The notes below the pieces were generated by a model, which saw only the letters and a program-made list of their open reading frames with translations, had not been told where the DNA came from and made no database searches. This document shows, piece after piece, positions 20,578 to 29,118 of a stretch of 64,000 bases of DNA; positions within the stretch are counted from its first letter, which is position 1; the number at the start of each line of letters is the position of its first letter. Location of the stretch: positions 15,144 to 79,143 of the IMG/VR virus record IMGVR_UViG_3300006735_000023, one strand, 5' to 3'. The translations under genes and the position numbers were made by a program. Source of the stretch: a virus.

Positions 20578-21429
20578 ATGGAAGAAAATAACAAATATTA
20601 TTTCACACCTTCTCCAACACAAAGAGAGATTATAGTCCCAATTACAGAAGACATCTTTCCGGTTGATAATACAGAATTGGTGGATAAAAGAGCCGACCAA
20701 AAAGCACAATTAGCAATAAATAATATAGATGATTGGGAAAAATCAAGATATAAATTAGCTTGTAACTCTACACAACAAAATGAAAATAGTTGTTTTGATA
20801 TCTATTTACATTTTTTTAAGTTTTCACCACCAGCAGGACAAACAATAAATTGGGTTGATGCAGAAATGTTTACTGAACAAGATATATATCTAAAAACAAA
20901 CAGATTTGTTGGTAGTTTTATAAGAATATCATACTATACTACACCACATAGAGAAACACAAAAACTAATAGGGTATAGTAGTTTACAACTAGAGGAAACA
21001 CCAATATCAAAAATATCCATTTGTCCAAATCAACCAGGTAGTTTTTTATATCATTGGAAATCAAAGAAAAAATTAAATATTACAAATAATAAATTATATA
21101 TGAAAGTTGAATTTTTTAATTCGGCTAATGGTAAAGTTTATGTTTTGGGTAGTGCATTACCTGTATGGTCATATGCCCCAGAATATTATATCGATTTTTG
21201 GAATGAAGAAATGGATTACACAGTAATTTCCTTAAATGACAATACAAGAACTTTTACACCACAACCTCAAACTTGGGATTTTGAGGCAATGGATTGGTAC
21301 ATGGAGTTTTTGGCTGGAAATAATCCAGTCGCAGAAAACTTTGTAAAGATTAGAAATTACGATGTGGGATGTGAGATGGATTTGTATTATAAAGAATTAA
21401 TAACATGTCCAGCTCCGTTCTGTACTTAA
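20578..21429 (+). CDS. Putative structural protein
   Basis: Within the baseplate operon; LYMKVEFFNSANGK motif. Confidence 0.6.
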   Translation: MEENNKYYFTPSPTQREIIVPITEDIFPVDNTELVDKRADQKAQLAINNIDDWEKSRYKLACNSTQQNENSCFDIYLHFFKFSPPAGQTINWVDAEMFTEQDIYLKTNRFVGSFIRISYYTTPHRETQKLIGYSSLQLEETPISKISICPNQPGSFLYHWKSKKKLNITNNKLYMKVEFFNSANGKVYVLGSALPVWSYAPEYYIDFWNEEMDYTVISLNDNTRTFTPQPQTWDFEAMDWYMEFLAGNNPVAENFVKIRNYDVGCEMDLYYKELITCPAPFCT

Positions 21430-21442
21430 AAATAAAATAATT

Positions 21443-21703
21443 ATGGTAAACACAGGAACAACAAAAAATTATCAAGTACCACCTTTCCCAAGGTTACAAG
21501 CGGCGAGAGTTTTAGAAATAGAACCACAACCTCAAGACGCTAAAATACCCGCTGATTATTTTAGTGAGGGTGTAAGAATGAGTATAGAAAGAACAAGAAG
21601 GATAAGACCTAAATATTTAGGTAAAAATGAATTTGTAAAACAATATACAGGTGGTGTTATAAACGAATTACCAGATACACCAATAATTAGTGGAAGAACA
21701 TAA
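21443..21703 (+). CDS. Small hypothetical protein
   Basis: 86-aa ORF tightly packed in the operon. Confidence 0.6.
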   Translation: MVNTGTTKNYQVPPFPRLQAARVLEIEPQPQDAKIPADYFSEGVRMSIERTRRIRPKYLGKNEFVKQYTGGVINELPDTPIISGRT

Positions 21704-21705
21704 AA

Positions 21706-24700
21706 ATGGAAAAGATAATTAGAAAAATATCAAGAGAAAATTTATTAGGTGATAAACTTAATTTAACACCTCCTGCGTTAAATCCTGAACCATTATTTCT
21801 TAATAATATTAATCCGTATCAGTGCACAGATCCAGATATGTCTTTTGAAGATTGTGAAACTACAATACTCGATCCACTCTTTATTATGGATGGTATCGAT
21901 GGAATGATAGCCCAAGAGTATACCAATTTTATTTCTAAAGTATTCATAGATAACTTCCAACTAGGGACTTTTAATTGGGAACATTTTAGTAGTGAGTTTA
22001 CTACAGGGATGTATTGGGATACTACACCACCTTGGGTAGAAAGTGCTGGTGACTATAGTATGAGAATACAACTTACAGACGCTTTCCAACCAACAGGATT
22101 TGTTTATGTGGGAACAAAAGGAAAAACAGTACTTGAGGCAGGTGCTAATTATAGAGTTTCTTTTACTCTTAGTACCGATGTACAATACATTAAAGACCAA
22201 ATAACAGCAAGTATAAGTTCTACTTCAGTAATGTTATGGATAGAGAATCCAGAGTCTAATCTATTCTCTCTCTTGACCTGGTCAACTTTAGAAACTCCAG
22301 TATTTCCAGAACGTGATATATTAACCACAACTTTTACAGCCCCTGATGGGGGTGCTTACGACTTTACCTTTTGGTTATACACAGGATGGTCAGTTTTAGG
22401 TTCTCAGGCACAAACTGGAGATTTTTGGTTATTTGATGATATTACCATATCTCTAGAAGATACCCAGTCTACTGAAAATAGTTTTACTAGTGTAAAAAGA
22501 GATGTCTTCGGCTTTTTTAAGTCATTCAATATTGAAGCAACCGAATATAATTTAAGATTATATGAAAATAATATAAATAATTACCTTTTTATTGAACCTT
22601 TAGATGTTGATGAATTGGCTCTTGGTGCATACGGCAATCAACAAATAGATGAAGATACAGGATTACAAACAGGTGTCTATACTCTTTCATCTCCACCTGA
22701 AGGAGTGGTACCTTTTTACTATCTAAGTTATAATTTATATGGTGCTTTGGTAACTAATGTACAGGGTACAACAACAACTAACGATGGGTTTTTATATTGC
22801 CAAGCTCCTGATTTAGGACCATGGGATCCTAATGAAACATATTCACTAGGAGATGTAGTAGAGGATAGTGACGGTAAGATATGGTATTGTTCAGACATAC
22901 CACAAAATAGTTGTGACCTTGATCCTCTTGACCCATCTTGTAGTTTAGGACAATGTGGTTGGATATCATGTCTTAATATAGTTTCATATAAAACAAGAAA
23001 TATAAACCTGACTTTTCCTTTATACCAAGACATTAAAGATATGGGTATTTATACAGATTTAATTTATCCAGGAATTGCGGAAGAGTGTAGTGGGTCAACA
23101 GAAACTTTAACTAAAGATTATAAATGTCCAGTACCTTATTTTATTAGTGATGGAGGTGAAGTTATTTTTTATGACAATCAAACAACTAGTGAAGTAAGAG
23201 TAGAAAGAAAATGTTGTGAAGATTATAGTGAATATGGGTTTGTGTGGTTTGAAGGTAAGTGCTATAAAGATTACGGATTACCAGGGGTCGGAGTAGGACT
23301 AGAACTATTCAATTTTACATACCCAACTTTATTTATAGGAAGAGGTGATAACCAACAACTATTTGATGATGGACCCGTCCAAGTTATGGATGAAATCAGC
23401 TTAAATACTAGTAATTTAGGTACTATACTTAATTACGTAGGGGGGAGAAACTTAATATACACTCCATTAGTTAGTGGACTAATCAATGGGGAAAAATATG
23501 TTATGAAGGCTAACCTAATAATGGATTATTATGATAATTCTACTTTAGCTGTTATAAAGTTAAGTGCAACAGGACAACTAGACCCTAATTGGGGATATGT
23601 TTGGTATCAAAATTTTGATTTAGGTAGTTCAGATATTTTACCACCTGTTACAGAAGGTCCACCTTGTATTGGAGGTAATGTGACACAGACAGTGCAGTAC
23701 CTTTCTGCAAACAATCCAAATGGAGTTTTATTTACAACCACAACCAACTGTAACTCCGCAAATATGTCTAAATATGTCCAATTAGACCAAGGAGTAGAAT
23801 ATAGAATTCGTTTTGGATATATAGGATTAACTAACGGAAGTTCACCAGTCAGTGTCGCTAATCAATTAGGTAATAATGATATGTTTTTTGAAATAGAAGA
23901 TATTGCTAATTCTACCTCTATGTTATTTGATACTTTTGGAGGTCCAGGATTTTATGATAAAGAGTATCTATTTACCCCAATAGCTAGTGGAACCTATGCA
24001 CTACAAATCGGTGTAACCAACCCAATGCCACCAGGAAATGGTCCTTTCGGTGATTATGGTTTTGGTTTAGATTATTGGGCTTTAGACGAAAGACCATTTA
24101 GTTACACACAAGAAGAAAATGTAATTGTAGATGCGGTAAAAACATGGTCTAGTAATTCTGGAGACGTTGCAGACGGTACAACATCTATTCAGTTAGAAAG
24201 TATATTTACCCTAACCAACGCGTCTAATTTAAGTTTAAGATTAGTTTGTGATGTAAAAGAAGCTATAATAACAAATCCTTTATCTTTTGGTTTAACTATA
24301 TCTGACATAAGTCTTAAAAAATATACAACACCTAATTTTTTAGGTTGTGAAAAAACTAACTTTCTTAATGAAGTTTCCAAAAACCTAGTTCTTACCGGTC
24401 AAACCATGTTTGACCCAGACGGTAATCCAAATACTCTTAATAGTTATTTGGCTGATATACAATTTGACCAAGGTCAAGAAATCATAACTACTTCAGTTCC
24501 GTATGTTACAACAGTTAGTAATACAGATACTAGAATTTTTCCAGCCGCTGGTGCAGAAACTAGTGCTTTATGTGAACCTTCACAACTTGTAGTAGGGTGG
24601 CATTGTGTTCCCGAATATCCTTACCTAACTGGAGGAGTGGTACAAGTAGGTAATCCAGTAGCGGCTTGTGTGGCTTCAACGGTTATAATACCAGGTGTTA

Positions 24701-25482
24701 CAATGTATGCTTCGGCACAACAATGTCTAAATAATAGTACTTGTAATTGGACCGCAGGGTGTACAGACTCAATAGCATATAATTATAATGAAGACGCTAA
24801 TACTCCGTGTGTAGACCAAACATTACCAGGATATCCATTAACTTCAGTTCACAATGTAGAGGGAGATTGTTGTATATACCCAATATTTGGTTGTATGAAT
24901 CCTTCTTCCTTACAATATGACCCTTTAGCAAATGAAGAAACAGGACAATCTTCTTGGTATCTAGGACAACAAATATTTAATGAGTTCGGTATGTTTGGAA
25001 CATGTTCTTTCCCTGCAGGATGTTCAGATCCTATGGCTGATAATTACTCTCAACCATCGGGAGCCCCAGACTTTGGTTGTGCACCATCTCTTGGTGTAAA
25101 CGGTAATGTTGTGACTTGTACAGATTGTTTAGGAAATCCACCTTCATCATTATTTGGACATCCACTTTATCCAGAAGCTATTTTACCAGGTACTATGGGT
25201 GATGTAAGTTGCTGTGAATATGATACTAGTGGAGACTTAGTTGCGGGTTGTACAGACTTTACTGCCGTAAACTATGATCCATTAGCCCAACTAGATGATG
25301 GTAGTTGTAGTTATAGCACAACATGGACTGTTTGGTGTTGCGACTTTTTTGTAGTAGGACCATGTTGTTATGATGTTACCGTTACTACACAAGTAACATA
25401 TCAAAGTATGATAGATTCATTTATGTGTTTTGATGACCTTGCTGATTGTAATGGTGGAGCATTTACTCCGTGTAATTGTTAA
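21706..25482 (+). CDS. Large structural/adhesin-like protein with CBM-like domains and GCxD repeats, 1258 aa
   Basis: LEAGANYRVSF..FDDITI jelly-roll signature, WDPNETYSLGDVV (CBM5/12-like), four GC(T/M/S)(D/N) repeats. Confidence 0.65.
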   Translation: MEKIIRKISRENLLGDKLNLTPPALNPEPLFLNNINPYQCTDPDMSFEDCETTILDPLFIMDGIDGMIAQEYTNFISKVFIDNFQLGTFNWEHFSSEFTTGMYWDTTPPWVESAGDYSMRIQLTDAFQPTGFVYVGTKGKTVLEAGANYRVSFTLSTDVQYIKDQITASISSTSVMLWIENPESNLFSLLTWSTLETPVFPERDILTTTFTAPDGGAYDFTFWLYTGWSVLGSQAQTGDFWLFDDITISLEDTQSTENSFTSVKRDVFGFFKSFNIEATEYNLRLYENNINNYLFIEPLDVDELALGAYGNQQIDEDTGLQTGVYTLSSPPEGVVPFYYLSYNLYGALVTNVQGTTTTNDGFLYCQAPDLGPWDPNETYSLGDVVEDSDGKIWYCSDIPQNSCDLDPLDPSCSLGQCGWISCLNIVSYKTRNINLTFPLYQDIKDMGIYTDLIYPGIAEECSGSTETLTKDYKCPVPYFISDGGEVIFYDNQTTSEVRVERKCCEDYSEYGFVWFEGKCYKDYGLPGVGVGLELFNFTYPTLFIGRGDNQQLFDDGPVQVMDEISLNTSNLGTILNYVGGRNLIYTPLVSGLINGEKYVMKANLIMDYYDNSTLAVIKLSATGQLDPNWGYVWYQNFDLGSSDILPPVTEGPPCIGGNVTQTVQYLSANNPNGVLFTTTTNCNSANMSKYVQLDQGVEYRIRFGYIGLTNGSSPVSVANQLGNNDMFFEIEDIANSTSMLFDTFGGPGFYDKEYLFTPIASGTYALQIGVTNPMPPGNGPFGDYGFGLDYWALDERPFSYTQEENVIVDAVKTWSSNSGDVADGTTSIQLESIFTLTNASNLSLRLVCDVKEAIITNPLSFGLTISDISLKKYTTPNFLGCEKTNFLNEVSKNLVLTGQTMFDPDGNPNTLNSYLADIQFDQGQEIITTSVPYVTTVSNTDTRIFPAAGAETSALCEPSQLVVGWHCVPEYPYLTGGVVQVGNPVAACVASTVIIPGVTMYASAQQCLNNSTCNWTAGCTDSIAYNYNEDANTPCVDQTLPGYPLTSVHNVEGDCCIYPIFGCMNPSSLQYDPLANEETGQSSWYLGQQIFNEFGMFGTCSFPAGCSDPMADNYSQPSGAPDFGCAPSLGVNGNVVTCTDCLGNPPSSLFGHPLYPEAILPGTMGDVSCCEYDTSGDLVAGCTDFTAVNYDPLAQLDDGSCSYSTTWTVWCCDFFVVGPCCYDVTVTTQVTYQSMIDSFMCFDDLADCNGGAFTPCNC

Positions 25483-25493
25483 AAAAATGAAAT

Positions 25494-26468
25494 ATGAAAA
25501 TTGAAAAAAATAAAATAGGGTGTTTAGATAGTGAATCGTCAAATTACGATCCAACTTGTGGTATTGCTTGTGAAAGGTGTTGTATTAATGACGAGATGGA
25601 TAAGGAGATTACTAAATTAATTAACCTTAAACGATATAGATATCAAGATGTTGAAAATATAGATTACTCATTATATGCAGTAAAACATCTAGATAACCAA
25701 CCTTTATTTAGGCTTAAAACTCAAGCAGAAGATTATGGATTACAAGTTGATTGTTTAGGGTACCATGTTCATAAAATTGATGAAATAAATTATTATATGG
25801 CTTGTAGTAGTCACGAAGAAGCAACAGAAGAAGCTGGGACCAAACCAACAGTCGAAGATTTTATTGAAGAGGTGAATAACCAAGGAGTAATAGAATGGAA
25901 GAAGATGATTAATTATAAAAGACAAAGACAATACTGTGAAGAAAAACAAAAAGACGGATATTTTTGGAATTTAAGAGAAAAGAAGTGTATGATAGAACCT
26001 CAAAAAAATGAAAGTTTAATCGGAAACTATCAAATACTTGGATATGTCGAAAATGTACCAGTTTTTTACACATCTGGTGCGGCTTTATCATATGGACACT
26101 TAATAAAATGTGAAGGATATAATACATATAATATGAACGGGACTTTAGGTTATTTACCGTGTAAAGAACAAAGAATTGCAACAACTAATAGAGGGGATGT
26201 ATATTGTTTAGACGTACAGGAAAGAATAAATGAACAAATTCTATTTACCGCTTTGAGTCCAACAAATATAAAAACTTATGGTGAAATGTGTTGTATGGAG
26301 TGGAATCATAAGGGATATAATTGGAATGGTAGTGGGTGTATTAAAAACGAAAAACCTTTAACCTGGTCTTGCGTAGAAGAATTAACAACTCAAATCTATA
26401 ATGGAACTGGAGAATATAAAACTTTTGAGGAATGTTATAATTCCTGTGAGGTAAATAAAATAAAATAA
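25494..26468 (+). CDS. Cys/His-rich mosaic protein
   Basis: One GCLD repeat; two P.F...A..YG....C.GY...Y(M/L).C modules. Confidence 0.6.
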   Translation: MKIEKNKIGCLDSESSNYDPTCGIACERCCINDEMDKEITKLINLKRYRYQDVENIDYSLYAVKHLDNQPLFRLKTQAEDYGLQVDCLGYHVHKIDEINYYMACSSHEEATEEAGTKPTVEDFIEEVNNQGVIEWKKMINYKRQRQYCEEKQKDGYFWNLREKKCMIEPQKNESLIGNYQILGYVENVPVFYTSGAALSYGHLIKCEGYNTYNMNGTLGYLPCKEQRIATTNRGDVYCLDVQERINEQILFTALSPTNIKTYGEMCCMEWNHKGYNWNGSGCIKNEKPLTWSCVEELTTQIYNGTGEYKTFEECYNSCEVNKIK

Positions 26469-26472
26469 TAAC

Positions 26473-28209
26473 ATGGCACAAGCAGGATGTACTGAACTTT
26501 CACTTTCTTTTGATTTCGCCAATCTATTATCGACGGTGCAAACTAATGCAGGAGGTAATGGGACTAGTATATGGGTTGATTATTCAGTACAATCAGCTTT
26601 TTGGGGAAATTGGGGAACTTATACAGACGGTGTATGGAATTTCTTTAGTGCGTTATATATGCAAAACGTTACTACTTACATGCAACTTTATAATGGTCCT
26701 ATTTTAGAAGATGATGTTAAACATATTGACCAGAATGGAGGTGTGAATAATTACAATTATGAGTTATATTATTTTGATTCTGGTGTGTTAACTCCCTTTC
26801 ATCCATTTAATAATGGTACGTTATTGGCCCCACAAACATATCTTATAAGAATAACCAGTACTCAAAATACAGGAGATAATGGAAACGCGTGTGTTTATAA
26901 TTACTCTTTTGTAATTAATAATAGTCAAACCTTTATCCCTCTTACCTTAGGTAATGATACTTGGGCAAATTCTTGGGGATGTATTGACCCAAGTGCTACA
27001 AATTACCTTTCTTCTTTTAACGCAGATAATAATGGTTGTGATTATGATGTAGTGGATGATATTCCTGGATGTACCACTAATACTGCTTGTAATTTTAACA
27101 TTGATGCTAATATAGATGATGGTAGTTGTGATTATACATGTTATGGATGTACAGACAGTAACGCCACCAATTTTAGTACCAGTGCAACAATACCATGTAA
27201 CGGTACATTTAGTTTCTGCCTTAACATAAATCAACCCAACTGTTGTTGTGTATACGGAAATAATGAAGTTTTTGGATGTACAGACCAGTATGCCGCAAAT
27301 TTTAACTCCTTAGCTACAATTGAAGATGGAACCTGTAGTTATCCAACTATTGGTTGTACCAATCCAGAGGCAGACAACTTTAATCCTTTATACACTGAAG
27401 ATGATGGTTCATGTAGTATAGGTGGATGTATGGATGGATTAGCTTCAAATTTTAATCCTAATGCTACTTTTGATAACGGTACTTGTATATATGATGATTG
27501 TGTATATGGTTGTACAGAACCAACAGCCTCAAACTATAAACCTTCAGCCACTTGTGATGATGGTTCGTGTTATGGGGGTTGTTGTGGGACAGACTCTACG
27601 GGGGCGTATCTTATAACAGGTTTTACACAAAGTAAGATTAATAATATTAAATTCGCTGGTAAAGCATATTCTGAAACTTGTGCAGACCCTAGTTGTACAA
27701 ATGAGGTGGATTGTATAGGAAATGGAGCTGGACAATGTAACTCTGTATGGGGGTTTAATAATATTACGGTAGCAACTACAGATCCTGATATAACTGCTAA
27801 GTATGGTGTAAATCCTTATTATCCATTACAAATGAGGGTGCCTTCTTTAGGTATAACAGATGGTTGGACACAAATAACACCGGGAATAGTAACAGCTTAT
27901 ACAATAAATAATATATTTTATTGGGACTATTCTAGTGATACAGGTCTTAATAAATACGGAAATAATCAAGTAACTCCCGTTTTTACTAGGTTTGCCGTTA
28001 GAATGAAAAATTGTTGTCCAGGATGTTTATATCCAGATATCAAAGAAGAGTGGACAATGGGACACGTTTTCCCTCCACAAATAGAAAATAATGTATTTAT
28101 AGATAGAGGAATTGCTTCTGTGTTTGAAGAACATTATAGAATAACAGAAATTAATAGATTAGAAGATTTTGACTTTTATCAAGGAGGGTATTTTAATCTT
28201 ATTAACTAA
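26473..28209 (+). CDS. Structural protein with seven GCxD..A.N(Y/F)..DDGSC repeats and a CADP module
   Basis: Repeats visible in the translation; C-terminal PQIENNVFIDRG..SVFE domain. Confidence 0.7.
   Translation: MAQAGCTELSLSFDFANLLSTVQTNAGGNGTSIWVDYSVQSAFWGNWGTYTDGVWNFFSALYMQNVTTYMQLYNGPILEDDVKHIDQNGGVNNYNYELYYFDSGVLTPFHPFNNGTLLAPQTYLIRITSTQNTGDNGNACVYNYSFVINNSQTFIPLTLGNDTWANSWGCIDPSATNYLSSFNADNNGCDYDVVDDIPGCTTNTACNFNIDANIDDGSCDYTCYGCTDSNATNFSTSATIPCNGTFSFCLNINQPNCCCVYGNNEVFGCTDQYAANFNSLATIEDGTCSYPTIGCTNPEADNFNPLYTEDDGSCSIGGCMDGLASNFNPNATFDNGTCIYDDCVYGCTEPTASNYKPSATCDDGSCYGGCCGTDSTGAYLITGFTQSKINNIKFAGKAYSETCADPSCTNEVDCIGNGAGQCNSVWGFNNITVATTDPDITAKYGVNPYYPLQMRVPSLGITDGWTQITPGIVTAYTINNIFYWDYSSDTGLNKYGNNQVTPVFTRFAVRMKNCCPGCLYPDIKEEWTMGHVFPPQIENNVFIDRGIASVFEEHYRITEINRLEDFDFYQGGYFNLIN
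26977..27573 (+). repeat. Seven tandem Cys-containing repeats (GCxD..A.N[YF]....DDGSC)
   Basis: GCIDP, GCTTN, GCTDS, GCTDQ, GCTNP, GCMDG, GCTEP units. Confidence 0.85.
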
Positions 28210-28227
28210 AAAAAAATTAATTAATAG

Positions 28228-29118
28228 ATGGCAACAGGTAATTATGGAATAAAAAGACCCGCAGACGTTTCCCCGTCAGACATGGAAATGTTTTTGCATT
28301 ATACACCAAGTAGAGATTCTAATTTTACAGACTCTTTTACAAAATTAGATCCAGGTACATATATAAAACAATACTCAACCCCTTCAGATGCAGGAAGTAG
28401 TGGTATTGGAATCCTCGAGGGGATGTATAATTTAAGTTTAGATCCGGCAATATTTAACTCTAGAGGAATATATACAATTTATATTCGTCCTCGACAAATT
28501 ATTAAACAAATTGTAGATTGTGGTAATTTAGCCGCATTACCTGAGGTTAAAGGTATCGTCTTAGACCAGAGTAATTTAATTGGTGAAGCCACAAATGGTG
28601 GTTTAGTTGGTTATAGAATAGAGTATTATGATAGTGCCGGTCAAAAATTAAGAAATTTCTTTAGGATTATTACCTCTTCTAATCTTTGTGAACCAGTTAA
28701 TCAACAACTTTCTAACACAACACAGAAGGCAATTAGATATAATTTTAACGATGGAGGGTCATTACTATTTTTAACTTTAACACCTAGTTCTGCACCCAAC
28801 GTAAAACCAAATGCTGAACCTTTCATAGGTAGTCCAGGGCAACAAATATCGATATCAAATACTTTTTTTAATCCAATCTCAATAGAAATTGAGTTAGGAG
28901 AATACGATTTCGATAGTTTAGGTACTGGATTATTCGGGAATCAAACAAAATCCATTCAAGATGGAATATACACGATTTATAACGGAGATAATGACATATA
29001 TAGACAATATAATTTATATGAAATTAAAGATAACTTTAATGAGTCTTTATATGAAATTAGAGAACAAAGAACTACGATAGATACAACTAAAAACTTTATT
29101 GATATAACTTCATTATAA
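28228..29118 (+). CDS. Virion structural protein (baseplate module)
   Basis: 296-aa ORF; stop overlaps next start (TAATG); operon context. Confidence 0.6.
   Translation: MATGNYGIKRPADVSPSDMEMFLHYTPSRDSNFTDSFTKLDPGTYIKQYSTPSDAGSSGIGILEGMYNLSLDPAIFNSRGIYTIYIRPRQIIKQIVDCGNLAALPEVKGIVLDQSNLIGEATNGGLVGYRIEYYDSAGQKLRNFFRIITSSNLCEPVNQQLSNTTQKAIRYNFNDGGSLLFLTLTPSSAPNVKPNAEPFIGSPGQQISISNTFFNPISIEIELGEYDFDSLGTGLFGNQTKSIQDGIYTIYNGDNDIYRQYNLYEIKDNFNESLYEIREQRTTIDTTKNFIDITSL

Noticed and set aside
19344-27750. DGR template/variable repeat explanation for the CADP copies
   Set aside because: Differences are not adenine-specific, all copies are internal and coding, and there is no reverse transcriptase in the window
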